From the NCBI GenBank assembly GCA_965530755.1, contig CBESNA010000003.1, positions 76,848-140,847 on the forward strand: a stretch of 64,000 nt of DNA, written 5' to 3'. The position numbers and the translations under genes are program-made. This DNA comes from an uncultured Acidimicrobiia bacterium. Lineage in GTDB: Bacteria; Actinomycetota; Acidimicrobiia; Acidimicrobiales; SZUA-35. Under the pieces are notes generated by a model. That model made no database searches. It saw only the letters and a list, made by a program, of their open reading frames with translations, and had not been told where the DNA came from. Numbering within the stretch: position 1 is the first letter of the stretch; each line of letters starts with the position of its first letter. This document shows, in pieces, positions 47,528 to 56,848 of the stretch.

Positions 47528-49078
47528 TCAGAAATCGGTCTCCACGCCGCCCTCGGCAACCCGACGATCGACAAACGCCGTCAACTCGGCGGCGATGGCC
47601 TCGTCGAGCACGGGTGCCTCGAACTCGTCGAGCGCCTGCTTCACGAGCTTGTTGGCTTTGTCGAAGGCGGTCGGCTGGCCGGCATCGGTCCACGCCTCGA
47701 AGTTTCGCCAGTCCGAGATCAGGGGTTCGTAGAACTCGCCCCGGTAGCGATCCTGCGTGTGTTGCGTCCCGAAGAAATGACCGGCCGGGCCGACCTCGGC
47801 AATCGCCTCGACCGCCAGGGTCGCATCATCCACGATGATCGGTTGCAAGGAACGAGCGACCATGTGGAGCAGGTCGGCATCGATCGCCATCTTCTCGTAT
47901 GAGGTATGGAGTCCGCCTTCCATCCAACCGGCGCCGTGCATCAGGAAGTTGACGCCGCCCATCACGGCACCCCACAGAGAGAACACACTCTCGTAGGCCG
48001 CTTGAGCGTCGACCGCATTGGCTGCGTTCACGTTGGACGATCGATAGGGCAGGCCGTATCGGCGAGCCAGCTGCCCACCGACCATCGCCGTTCGCAGATA
48101 CTCGGGCGTGCCGAAGGCCGGGGCACCCGAACGCATGTCGACGTTCGAGGTGAAACCGCCGTAGATCACCGGCGAGCCAGGCCGAACCATCTGAGTGAAC
48201 GCGACGCCGGCCAGAGCCTCGGCGTTCTGGAGGGTGAGTGCTCCGGCCAGCGTGATCGGGGCCATCGCTCCGGCCAGCGTGAACGGCGTGATGACCACGA
48301 CCTGGTTCCGACTCGACATCTCGATGACGCCCTGCAGCATCACGTCGTCGTAGCGGAGGGGCGAACTCGCGTTGATGATCGTGGTCAGCGATGGCCGTTC
48401 GTCGAAGGTCGCCTGATCGACACCGTGGACGATGCGAGTCATCTCGATCCCATCGAGATTGCGCTGACGCCCGAGCGAATAGACGTGGAACACCTTGTCG
48501 GTGAGCGTGTAGGCGTCGAGGGTGGCATGCAGGTGGCGAACCGATGCGTGCACATCGACCGGTTCGACCGGGTACCCGGGCACGAGGTGGATGCTCGTGA
48601 AGGTCTGGCAGAGCCGAAGGAGGTTCTGGTAGTCGACGCGATTCCCCGTGCGTCGCGGTCCGTCGAGCCCGGCAACGTTCGGCGCCGACGCCACGGACCC
48701 GAACGCGACGTGGCGGCCTCCGATCTCCAGATCGTGGGCTGGGTTCCGAGCGTGGAGATGGAACTGTGCCGGCGCCTTCGCGACGGCGTGTTCGATCAGT
48801 TCTGGATCGAACCGAACCCTGTCGCCGGCGACGTCGGCCCCATTCGCAGCCAGGATCCGTCTCGCCTCCTCGTTGAGGAAGTCGATGCCAGTTTCCCGGA
48901 GCACGCGCAGCGAGGCGAGGTGGATCGATTCCAGCTCGTCATCCGACACAGCCTTGGTCGGCTCGAGATGCATTGTCGGTTGTCCGAACGGAGCCTGATC
49001 ACGCAGCGGGTTGCGGATGGGCTTGCCGTCGGCCCCGCCTCGCCGTCGACCGGCTCTCTCGCCGCCACCGGCCCTCAC
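47528..49078 (-). CDS. MttB-superfamily (trimethylamine methyltransferase-like) protein, non-pyrrolysine type
   Basis: 516 aa and collinear with the MttB/MtgB family (Arg/Gly-rich N-terminus, SDDELESIHLASLRVLRETGIDF, TIM-barrel-length body). There is no in-frame TAG. GTG start at 49078. Confidence 0.8.
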   Translation of the reverse strand: MRAGGGERAGRRRGGADGKPIRNPLRDQAPFGQPTMHLEPTKAVSDDELESIHLASLRVLRETGIDFLNEEARRILAANGADVAGDRVRFDPELIEHAVAKAPAQFHLHARNPAHDLEIGGRHVAFGSVASAPNVAGLDGPRRTGNRVDYQNLLRLCQTFTSIHLVPGYPVEPVDVHASVRHLHATLDAYTLTDKVFHVYSLGRQRNLDGIEMTRIVHGVDQATFDERPSLTTIINASSPLRYDDVMLQGVIEMSSRNQVVVITPFTLAGAMAPITLAGALTLQNAEALAGVAFTQMVRPGSPVIYGGFTSNVDMRSGAPAFGTPEYLRTAMVGGQLARRYGLPYRSSNVNAANAVDAQAAYESVFSLWGAVMGGVNFLMHGAGWMEGGLHTSYEKMAIDADLLHMVARSLQPIIVDDATLAVEAIAEVGPAGHFFGTQHTQDRYRGEFYEPLISDWRNFEAWTDAGQPTAFDKANKLVKQALDEFEAPVLDEAIAAELTAFVDRRVAEGGVETDF

Positions 49079-49100
49079 GGCTGGAGGCCCGTTGTGGGGC

Positions 49101-49979
49101 TCATGCCTCGTTCTTCAGCATCTTGTAGGCGGCGTAGGTGTTTTGCATGAGACAGCCGATCGTCATCGGACCAGTTCCGCCCGGCATCGGCGTGATGGCT
49201 CCGGCGATTGCCTGGACCGCGTCGAAGTCGACGTCGCCGACGATGCCGTCGGCCGTGCGGCTGATGCCGACGTCGATCACCGCCGCTCCCGGTTTCACGT
49301 GGTCTGCCGTGATGATGCCGGCGATGCCGGCGGCCGCCACGATGATGTCGGCTTCACGGCACACCGACGCGAGGTCGGAGGTGCGGGAGTGAGCCAGCGT
49401 CACGGTGGCATCAACGCCCTTGCGGCCCAAGAGCAGCACTTGGGGCAGGCCGACGAGGGTCGAGCGACCGACGACGACCGCCCGCTTGCCGCTGGTCGCC
49501 ACGCCGTAGCGCTCCAGGAGCCGCATGACACCGAGGGGCGTACACGGCGCATGCCCTGGCTTGCCCCGCACGAGCCGACCCATCGATCGTTCGGTCAGGC
49601 CGTCGACATCCTTGGCCGGAGGGATGAGATCCAGCACGGGCTCGGGATCGAGGCCGTCCGGCAGGGGCAACTGCACGAGAATGCCGTGGACGGTCGGGTC
49701 ATCGACCAGCGCCCGGACTTCGGCTTCGAGATCGGACTGGCTGATGTCGTCTGGGAGACCAACGTGTCTCGACTGGAGGCCCGCCTCGACCGCCTTCTTG
49801 TTCTTCGATTTCACGTAGATCTGGCTGGGCTTGTCGTCGCCGACGAGGACGGTCGCCAAGCAAACCTCAGGGCTCCCGGCCGCCTCGACCGTGGCCGCGA
49901 GCTCAGCGATCACCTGGTCGCGCAGGCGGAGGCCGTTCATGATCACGGCGCCTCCGTCGGTGTGGTCGACTTCGAACAT
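49101..49979 (-). CDS. folD: Bifunctional methylenetetrahydrofolate dehydrogenase / methenyl-THF cyclohydrolase
   Basis: TVLVGDDKPSQIYVKSK, HGILVQLPLP, PCTPLGV, VVVGRSTLVG, TPMPGGTGPMT. Confidence 0.9.
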   Translation of the reverse strand: MFEVDHTDGGAVIMNGLRLRDQVIAELAATVEAAGSPEVCLATVLVGDDKPSQIYVKSKNKKAVEAGLQSRHVGLPDDISQSDLEAEVRALVDDPTVHGILVQLPLPDGLDPEPVLDLIPPAKDVDGLTERSMGRLVRGKPGHAPCTPLGVMRLLERYGVATSGKRAVVVGRSTLVGLPQVLLLGRKGVDATVTLAHSRTSDLASVCREADIIVAAAGIAGIITADHVKPGAAVIDVGISRTADGIVGDVDFDAVQAIAGAITPMPGGTGPMTIGCLMQNTYAAYKMLKNEA

Positions 49980-50176
49980 GCAGCCTCGGCTCTCGTGGAG
50001 TGTCACGCACTGCCGACACCCGGCGCGCCGGCAGAACGTACCAGTCGGTCGTCGGCGCCGTCATCGACGATTGCCTCGACTCTCATTCCAAGAGACGGAG
50101 GTCGGCCAGGGCCGATTGAAACACGAGCTGCGGTGGGGTCGACAGCAGACCGCCTTCGGCATGCGATCATTCGGCC

Positions 50177-51133
50177 GTGCCAGACCCCGCCGTTCTCCGA
50201 GCCTCCGCCAAGCGGCGCGCCACCATCCTCGTCCCGCTCGCGTTCGCTCTCGTGATCCTCTGGTGGATGACCCCCGCCGCTGCGCAGACGACCGGGGACG
50301 GCACCGGACTCTCTGTGTTCGCGGCGATCGTCCTCGGACTGGTCGAGGGCATCACCGAGTACCTCCCGATCAGCTCGACCGGCCACCTGCTCGTCGCCAA
50401 TCAGATCTTGGGACTCGGCGGTACCGAGAGCGCTGACCGATCGCTCGAGGCCTACGCCATCTGCATCCAGGCCGGCGCCATTCTCGCCGTCTTCGTGGTG
50501 TACCTCGACCGGATCAAGCAGATGTTCGACGGGCTTCTGGGTCGGAGCGAAGAGGGCAAGCAGATTCTCCTCGCCGTGATCGTCGCGTTCGTCCCGACGG
50601 CCCTCATTGCCGTCGTGATCTTCGACCTCGTTCGCGAGCAACTCTTCGGCGTCACGCCGATCGCCGCCGCGTGGCTGGTCGGCGGATTGGTGATCCTCGC
50701 GCTCAGCCGGTCCGGGTTCTTCGACCGAGCCGGCGTCGACCTGACCCAGATCACACTGCAGCAGGCAGCCCTGATCGGCGTGATGCAGGCACTCGCCGTC
50801 TGGCCGGGGACCTCCCGTTCGCTCGTGACGATCATCGCCGGCGTGCTCGTTGGCCTGTCGCTGCGTGCGGCGGTGGAGTTCTCGTTCCTCCTCGGCCTGA
50901 TCACGCTGAGCGCCGCCACAGTGTTTGCAGGGCTCAAGGACGGCCAGGAGCTCATCGACAACTTCGGCTACCTGACGCCACTCGTCGGGCTCATCGTGGC
51001 CTTCATCTCCGCTGTGGTCGCCGTTCGTTGGATGGTGGCGTGGCTCAACGACCGGGGTTTCGAAGTCTTCGGCTGGTATCGATTGGCAATCGGGGCTGGG
51101 GCGTTCGCCGCCATCGGGGTCGGGTGGCTCTGA
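50177..51133 (+). CDS. uppP: Undecaprenyl-diphosphate phosphatase
   Basis: GLVEGITEYLPISSTGHL and PGTSRS motifs with a polytopic profile. The N-terminus is about 30 aa longer than usual; ATG 50267 is an alternative start. Confidence 0.85.
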   Translation: MPDPAVLRASAKRRATILVPLAFALVILWWMTPAAAQTTGDGTGLSVFAAIVLGLVEGITEYLPISSTGHLLVANQILGLGGTESADRSLEAYAICIQAGAILAVFVVYLDRIKQMFDGLLGRSEEGKQILLAVIVAFVPTALIAVVIFDLVREQLFGVTPIAAAWLVGGLVILALSRSGFFDRAGVDLTQITLQQAALIGVMQALAVWPGTSRSLVTIIAGVLVGLSLRAAVEFSFLLGLITLSAATVFAGLKDGQELIDNFGYLTPLVGLIVAFISAVVAVRWMVAWLNDRGFEVFGWYRLAIGAGAFAAIGVGWL

Positions 51134-51137
51134 GCGC

Positions 51138-51896
51138 ATGGCGGATGAACCATTCGATGTCCCGGATCAACATCTCGATCCGCTGATCGCCGCTTCGTAC
51201 GATCAGGGAGTCGCGGACCGCTTCACTCCCGAGGCGGTCGACACCTCGGTCGAAATTCTCGCCGATCTGGCCGACGGCGGCTCTGCGGTCGAGTTCGCAG
51301 TCGGAACTGGGCGCCTTGCCTTGCCGCTTGCAGCGACGGGAGTCCCGGTCAGCGGAATGGACTTCTCCGAGCCGATGCTGGCCGAGCTGAGGAAGAAGGA
51401 CGGAGCCGAGCAGCTCTCACTCGTGCACGGCGACATGACCTCGACCCAGATGTGCGCCGACGCGGCGCTGGTCTACCTCGTCTTCAATACGATCACGAAC
51501 CTGCGCACCCAGGTTCTGCAAGTTGCCTGCTTTCGTAACGCGGCCGCCCACCTCGCTCCCGGAGGCCGGTTCCTGATCGAGACCGGCGTCCCAAAGCTCC
51601 GGCAGCTGCCTCCCGGCGAGACCATCCATCCGTTCGACGTGACTCCCCATCACCTGGGGTTCGACGAGTACATCGATTTCGTCAACCAGATCTCCGTCTC
51701 GCATCACTATTACATCGAGGGCGAGCGAGCCCGCACGGTGTCTGGCGCGTTCCGCTACGTCTGGCCGTCCGAGCTCGACCTCATGGCGCAGCTCGCCGGG
51801 ATGGAGCTCGAACATCGGTGGGCCGACTGGCACCGGGCGGAGTTCACCGGCGAGTCACCCGCTCACGTTTCGGTGTGGCGCAAAGCGGGCGGTTAG
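51138..51896 (+). CDS. Class I SAM-dependent methyltransferase
   Basis: Motif I VEFAVGTGRLALPL, acidic post-I GMDFS, HGDM. Confidence 0.8.
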   Translation: MADEPFDVPDQHLDPLIAASYDQGVADRFTPEAVDTSVEILADLADGGSAVEFAVGTGRLALPLAATGVPVSGMDFSEPMLAELRKKDGAEQLSLVHGDMTSTQMCADAALVYLVFNTITNLRTQVLQVACFRNAAAHLAPGGRFLIETGVPKLRQLPPGETIHPFDVTPHHLGFDEYIDFVNQISVSHHYYIEGERARTVSGAFRYVWPSELDLMAQLAGMELEHRWADWHRAEFTGESPAHVSVWRKAGG

Positions 51897-53029
51897 CGGT
51901 CGTTCTCGAGCCAGACGATCGAGTCGCCTCGACCGATCGAGAGGTTCAGCACAACCGTCGATGTACCGGTTCCCACCTCGACGACCTCGATCCGACCGAG
52001 CAGACGACGCACGAACCAGGCGCCATCAGGCGACACGGCGGCGGCGCCGATCGAAGCGGGCCCCAGTGATCGCACGATCTCGCCGGTTGCGATGTCGTAG
52101 AGACCACCACCGAGAGCAGGCTGAGGCACCGATCCGGCCAACAGCCGGCCGCCGGCCACGACTCGGCCGATCGACAAGTCGGCGCTCGGAATCGGGGTGT
52201 CGGTTCGAGTCCAGGTCCGGCGATCGAACCAAGCAGTTGAACACTCCAAGCTGTCGCTGCACTGACGAACCAAGACCTCACTCTCACCGACGGCGATGAG
52301 TACGCCTGGAAGCACCTGCCGGTAGCTGTCATCCGGTTGCAGCTCGAAGACCCCGCCGGTCTCGGATCCGATCACCTCAGGCCCGACGAACGGGTCGGTT
52401 CCTCCCGGGAAACGTGCCTCGACCGGGGTGCCGATGTCGCGCAGCACGTTGGAGGTAGCCAACTCGATGAGCTGCCAGCGACGGGCACCGTCGGTCGTCG
52501 GCCAGGTGAGCCACACCTCGAATTCGGTCGCTGGAACCACCCGCGCCGGCCCGCCGATCGGGGCGAATCGGATGCCGATGATGTCGTCGAGCGTCGACGA
52601 CCGCAAGCCATCGAGTGGCACGTACGACCAGGTGAGAGTGTCCGATAGATAAATCAAGGTCGAGCCGGCGATGAACTTCGGGCCGAGAATCGTGTTGCTG
52701 ATGACGCGGTCGCCGGAGTCGAGGTCGAGCACCTGCAGCGGCGTGCCGCTTCCACCGACCATCAACGACAGACCGCTCACTCGTCCGAGCACTGGGCCGT
52801 CGCCGACTTCGACTCCCGCTGTGACGTCGACCATCCGCTCGGCCCTCGGCGTGGTGGCCGACGGAGGCACTCCGGACTCGTCGTCGCCGTCGTACGTCAG
52901 CACCAGTGCAGCCAGAACAGCCATCCCGACGACCAACGCAATCGCCATCCAGCTGCGTTCGGTGACGAGCTCGGTCGGCGCAACCACCGGCGGCTGGGTC
53001 GAGTCGATGAGCTCGATGTCTTCGGTCAC
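51893..53029 (-). CDS. Single-pass membrane protein with extracytoplasmic beta-propeller-like domain
   Basis: GTG 53029 overlaps the upstream ligase stop (GTGA). It has a TM helix (WMAIALVVGMAVLAALVL) and a PD40-like AAVSPDGAWFV. Confidence 0.6.
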   Translation of the reverse strand: MTEDIELIDSTQPPVVAPTELVTERSWMAIALVVGMAVLAALVLTYDGDDESGVPPSATTPRAERMVDVTAGVEVGDGPVLGRVSGLSLMVGGSGTPLQVLDLDSGDRVISNTILGPKFIAGSTLIYLSDTLTWSYVPLDGLRSSTLDDIIGIRFAPIGGPARVVPATEFEVWLTWPTTDGARRWQLIELATSNVLRDIGTPVEARFPGGTDPFVGPEVIGSETGGVFELQPDDSYRQVLPGVLIAVGESEVLVRQCSDSLECSTAWFDRRTWTRTDTPIPSADLSIGRVVAGGRLLAGSVPQPALGGGLYDIATGEIVRSLGPASIGAAAVSPDGAWFVRRLLGRIEVVEVGTGTSTVVLNLSIGRGDSIVWLENDR

Positions 53030-54543
53030 GTCAGATACGCATCCCGCAACAACCGCTTCTTGAGCTTTCCGCTCGCCTCCCGCGGGAGCGCGTCGACCAG
53101 ATCGACCGACCGCGGCACCTTGAACTTGGCGAGGTGTTCGACAGCAAAGGCCATGACGTGATCGCTGTCGATCCCGCTGCCGACGATCGGCTCGACCACA
53201 GCCTTGATCTCCTGCCCCCACTCGGGGTGTGGGATGCCGAACACGGCGACGTCGGCCACCCCGGGACACTGGCTGAGTACACCTTCGATCTCGGCTGGGT
53301 AGATGTTCGTGCCTCCGCTCAGAATCAGATCGACGCGGCGATCGGCCAGGAACAAGTAGCCGTCGTCGTCGAGCCAGCCGACGTCGCCGACGGTGAAGCG
53401 TCCGTCCGGCAACCGCATGGCGTCGCTCTTCTCCGCATCTCCGTGATACTCAGGGGCTCCATCCGGGCGCTTCACGTAGACCGTGCCGATCTCCCCGGTT
53501 GGAAGGTCGTTGCCGTCATCGTCGACGATCGACAGCTGAAGGAAGTCGGATCGCCCGACCGTGCCAGGGCGCTCCAGCCACTCGGTGGACGAGCAGACGA
53601 CCGGGCCGGTCCCCTCCGACGAGCCGTAGAGCTCGGTGATCACCGGCCCGAACCATTCGATCATGGCACGTTTGGCCCACGGAGGACAGGGGGCGGCCGT
53701 GTGGAGCACCCATTCGATGCTCGACACATCACAGCGTGCACGATCCTCCTCGGACATCTTGAGGAGGCGCACGAACTGCGTCGGCACCATTGCGGTCGCG
53801 GTGATCGCTCGTTCTTCGATGGTCGACAACACCAGCATCGGATCCCATTTCGGGATGATGGAGAGTGTGTGAGATCGAGCCAAGGTCGAACGAATCATGC
53901 CCCCGCCGAGCGCGTGATACGCCGGCGTGCAGAGCATGGCCCGACCACTCGACGGCATGCCCGTCAATTCACCCCATCGCACCATCGGATTCGCTGACTG
54001 GCTGACCGGACCGCCCTGGTCGGAGCGGAGCACTCCTTTGGATCTGCCGGTCGTACCTCCGGTGTACTGCAACGGTGCACCGGCAGGACCGTCAGGCAGC
54101 ACGGCGTCCGATTGTCCCTCGACCCACTCGTCGTAGTCTGGTCCGAGTGTGATGATGCGCTCGACGCCGGCGATTCGAGCTGCGTCGTTCCCGACCTCTG
54201 CGTGCGCTCCGTCGACCAACAGGAAGCGGGCGGAGGAATCGACCAGCAGCTCCGCGATCTCAGGAGCAGTCAGGTGCCAGTTGAGGGGGACGTACCTGCA
54301 TCCGGCACGGGTGTTGCCGGTGATGAGCTCGGCCCACTCGATGCAATTGTCGGCGAGGATTCCCCACGCCTCACCCGCCTCGAGCCCTGCCTCCCTGAGT
54401 CCATTCGCGACCTGCCGGGCCCGTCGCTCGAGCTCGAACCATGTCCGCGTTGCCGTCGGAGTCCACACGGCCTCGCCGTGAGGGTCGCCCGCCGACAGCG
54501 GCAGGATGAACTCGGGTTGCATCGCGATCGGTTCGCTTGACAC
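53026..54543 (-). CDS. Acyl-CoA synthetase / AMP-dependent ligase (ANL family)
   Basis: LQYTGGTTGRSKGV, YGSSEG, VGDVGWLDDDGYLFLADRRVD, SGKLKK. Confidence 0.85.
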   Translation of the reverse strand: MSSEPIAMQPEFILPLSAGDPHGEAVWTPTATRTWFELERRARQVANGLREAGLEAGEAWGILADNCIEWAELITGNTRAGCRYVPLNWHLTAPEIAELLVDSSARFLLVDGAHAEVGNDAARIAGVERIITLGPDYDEWVEGQSDAVLPDGPAGAPLQYTGGTTGRSKGVLRSDQGGPVSQSANPMVRWGELTGMPSSGRAMLCTPAYHALGGGMIRSTLARSHTLSIIPKWDPMLVLSTIEERAITATAMVPTQFVRLLKMSEEDRARCDVSSIEWVLHTAAPCPPWAKRAMIEWFGPVITELYGSSEGTGPVVCSSTEWLERPGTVGRSDFLQLSIVDDDGNDLPTGEIGTVYVKRPDGAPEYHGDAEKSDAMRLPDGRFTVGDVGWLDDDGYLFLADRRVDLILSGGTNIYPAEIEGVLSQCPGVADVAVFGIPHPEWGQEIKAVVEPIVGSGIDSDHVMAFAVEHLAKFKVPRSVDLVDALPREASGKLKKRLLRDAYLT

Positions 54544-54635
54544 GGAACTCCAAGGCTCGTGGATTCATGCCGATGCTGCCATGAAGCGGTCCCGCTGACC
54601 AACGGGGCTCGATCGTCGTCAGGTGAAGGGGTACG

Positions 54636-55829
54636 TTGCCTCGCATGGTCACCCCGCCAGACGCGTTCCGATCCGAGGTAGAGGTCTTCTTCTCGTCGGA
54701 GCGAGACGTCGAGAGTGACGACGGCGTCGGCGCGGTCGATCGGGCTCGTGCTTGGCGAGGCCGGCTGTTCGATGCCGGTCTCGGGGCGATCGACTATCCG
54801 GTCGAGTACGGCGGACGGGGCCTCGATGCCGACCATGTGAGCGTGTTTGCCGACGTGTCCCGAGGTCAGGTGCCCCGTGAGAGTTCGGTGTTCGGCATCG
54901 GTGTCGGCATGGCGCTGCCCACGATTCGCGACCACGGGTCAGACGAGATGAAGCAGCGCTTCCTTCGACCGGGCCTGCGAGGCGAGGAGATCTGGTGTCA
55001 GCTGTACTCGGAGCCGGGGGCCGGGTCTGATCTTGCGTCGCTCACCACGCGTGCCGTGCTCGACGGCGACGAGTGGATCGTGAGCGGTCAGAAGGTCTGG
55101 ACCTCAGGGGCACAACACTCGCAGTTCGGCATCCTCATCGCCCGCACCGAACCCGACGCGCCGAAGCACCGCGGCATCACGATGTTCGTGTTGCCGATGG
55201 AACAGCCCGGCGTCACCGTTCGGCCGCTCGTCCAGATCACGGGTGAGGCCGAGTTCAACGAGGTCTTCATCGACGAGGCACGGATCCCGAGGACCTGGGT
55301 GATCGGCGAGGTCAATGAAGGATGGCGGACTGCCGTTGCTCTGCTGGCCCACGAGCGGGTGCAGACGGGAACTGCCTCGATGAATTCGTCGACCGGTCAA
55401 CGGTCGAAGGCAGGCAGGGTCCCGATTCCCGTCGGCCAACTGATCGATCTCGCTCGCGAGCGCCGGCGCATCGACGATCCCCTGATCAGACAACAGCTGG
55501 CCACGCTCCACACCGGGGAGCGCGTCGTTGCCGTCCTGGGCGCTCGTTCGGGTATACATCCGTCGATCGGCAAGCTGTGGCGAACTCGCCAGGGCCGAGC
55601 AGCGGCTGAACTTGCCGCACAACTCGCCTTTCCCACGTCGCCGGCATGGGAAGAGGGCGACCGCGACGCCGACTACTTCGCCTTCCAATTTCTGAACTGT
55701 CGAGGCATGAGCCTCGGCGGCGGCACCGACGAGATCCAGCGCAACACGCTTGGCGAACGAGCGCTAGGTCTTCCCCGCGAACCCGGCCCCGACAAGGACA
55801 CACCGTTCTCGCAGCTCCTCAAGAACTGA
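54636..55829 (+). CDS. Acyl-CoA dehydrogenase
   Basis: QLYSEPGAGSDLASL, GQKVWTSGA, GGGTDEIQRN. The start is TTG 54636 or ATG 54645. Confidence 0.9.
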   Translation: MPRMVTPPDAFRSEVEVFFSSERDVESDDGVGAVDRARAWRGRLFDAGLGAIDYPVEYGGRGLDADHVSVFADVSRGQVPRESSVFGIGVGMALPTIRDHGSDEMKQRFLRPGLRGEEIWCQLYSEPGAGSDLASLTTRAVLDGDEWIVSGQKVWTSGAQHSQFGILIARTEPDAPKHRGITMFVLPMEQPGVTVRPLVQITGEAEFNEVFIDEARIPRTWVIGEVNEGWRTAVALLAHERVQTGTASMNSSTGQRSKAGRVPIPVGQLIDLARERRRIDDPLIRQQLATLHTGERVVAVLGARSGIHPSIGKLWRTRQGRAAAELAAQLAFPTSPAWEEGDRDADYFAFQFLNCRGMSLGGGTDEIQRNTLGERALGLPREPGPDKDTPFSQLLKN

Positions 55830-55839
55830 CACCGTTCAC

Positions 55840-55878
55840 GAGCTGAGGCACGGCAGCGCGACTGGCGCTGATCAGCTC
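55840..55878 (+). terminator. Compound hairpin downstream of the acyl-CoA dehydrogenase gene
   Basis: GAGCTGA..CAGCGC-GACTG-GCGCTG.TCAGCTC, starting 10 nt after the stop. No U-tract. Confidence 0.35.
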
Positions 55879-55897
55879 AGAGAGGCAGCATGCCCGG

Positions 55898-56557
55898 ATG
55901 GACTTCGACCTCGAACAGACCGATGCGCTCCTCTCGACGACACGAGCCGTTCGAAAGCGACTCGATCTCGAACGCGATGTGCCAGATGACGTGATTCTCG
56001 AGTGCCTCCAGCTGGCCGTGCAGGCTCCGACCGGCTCCAACCGTCAGGGTTGGCGTTGGATGGTCATCCGCGACGCCGAGAAGAAGGCGGCGCTGGCCGA
56101 CATGTACCGCCGTGCCGGTGGCGAGTACCTCGCGGCGGCCGCCGCCGACAGCGAGACCGGTTCGCAAACGGGCCGGGTTCTGGATTCGGCCAACTACCTC
56201 GCTCAGAACTTGGAGAAGGTGCCGGTCATGGTGATCCCGCTGATCATCGGCCGGCTCGACGAGCTCCCGGAAGGTCAGAACGTCACCGGCGCCGCGGCGG
56301 GACTCCTCGGTTCGATCATCCCCGCCGTGTGGAGCTTCCAGCTCGCTTTGCGAAGCCGTGGACTCGGCAGCTGCTACACGACGCTGCATCTCGGCCTGGA
56401 GGCCGAGGCCGCCGAGCTGCTCGGCATTCCCGATCACATGAGCCAGGCCGGTCTGCTGCCCGTTGCCTACACCCTCGGTACCGACTTCAAACCGGCCAAG
56501 CGTGACCCCGTCGGATTGATCACCTACCTCGACACCTTCAAGAACGCGATGGGTTGA
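55898..56557 (+). CDS. Nitroreductase family protein
   Basis: TTRAVRKRLDLERDVPDDVILECLQLAVQAPTGSNRQGWRWMV, typical of the family. Confidence 0.85.
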   Translation: MDFDLEQTDALLSTTRAVRKRLDLERDVPDDVILECLQLAVQAPTGSNRQGWRWMVIRDAEKKAALADMYRRAGGEYLAAAAADSETGSQTGRVLDSANYLAQNLEKVPVMVIPLIIGRLDELPEGQNVTGAAAGLLGSIIPAVWSFQLALRSRGLGSCYTTLHLGLEAEAAELLGIPDHMSQAGLLPVAYTLGTDFKPAKRDPVGLITYLDTFKNAMG

Positions 56558-56667
56558 TCTCGTGAGCTGATCGTCCTCTCGATCGGTACCACCTCTGCGA
56601 GGTGCCCCCGAGGTACCGGAATGTTCTTGACTGTTGCTCAGTTCCCGTCAACCAGGAGAAGAGCACC

Positions 56668-56778
56668 ATGTTCAAGAAGATTGCCGTTCCTTCCGCACTC
56701 GTTTCCCTCATCGCCGCTCTCGCCGCGTTCACGATGGCCGGCGGCGCCGAGCTGGCCAACGGCGGCTACCACATCTGA
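56668..56778 (+). CDS. Small ORF (36 aa) with Sec-signal-like N-terminus: MFKKIAVPSALVSLIAALAAFTMAGGAELANGGYHI
   Basis: It is too short for the supplied track. AGGAG (56654-56658) lies 9 nt upstream of the ATG. 30 of 36 codons end in G/C. The product has an n/h/c signal layout. A strong hairpin follows the stop. Confidence 0.45.
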   Translation: MFKKIAVPSALVSLIAALAAFTMAGGAELANGGYHI

Positions 56779-56790
56779 CCTGAATCGATC

Positions 56791-56842
56791 TCAACTGCCA
56801 GCGCCACACGTACCCAGGAGTACGTATGACGCTGGCAGTTGA
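56791..56842. terminator. Bidirectional terminator-like hairpin between convergent genes
   Basis: Perfect 13-bp arms TCAACTGCCAGCG / CGCTGGCAGTTGA with an inner 6-bp stem ACGTAC/GTACGT. It sits between stops at 56778 (+) and 56849 (-). Confidence 0.7.
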
Positions 56843-56848
56843 GAATCG

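Noticed and set aside
47528-49078. A pyrrolysine (in-frame TAG) codon in the MttB-family gene.
   Set aside because: The reading frame is uninterrupted over 516 codons, and no pyl genes are evident. It is a non-Pyl family member.
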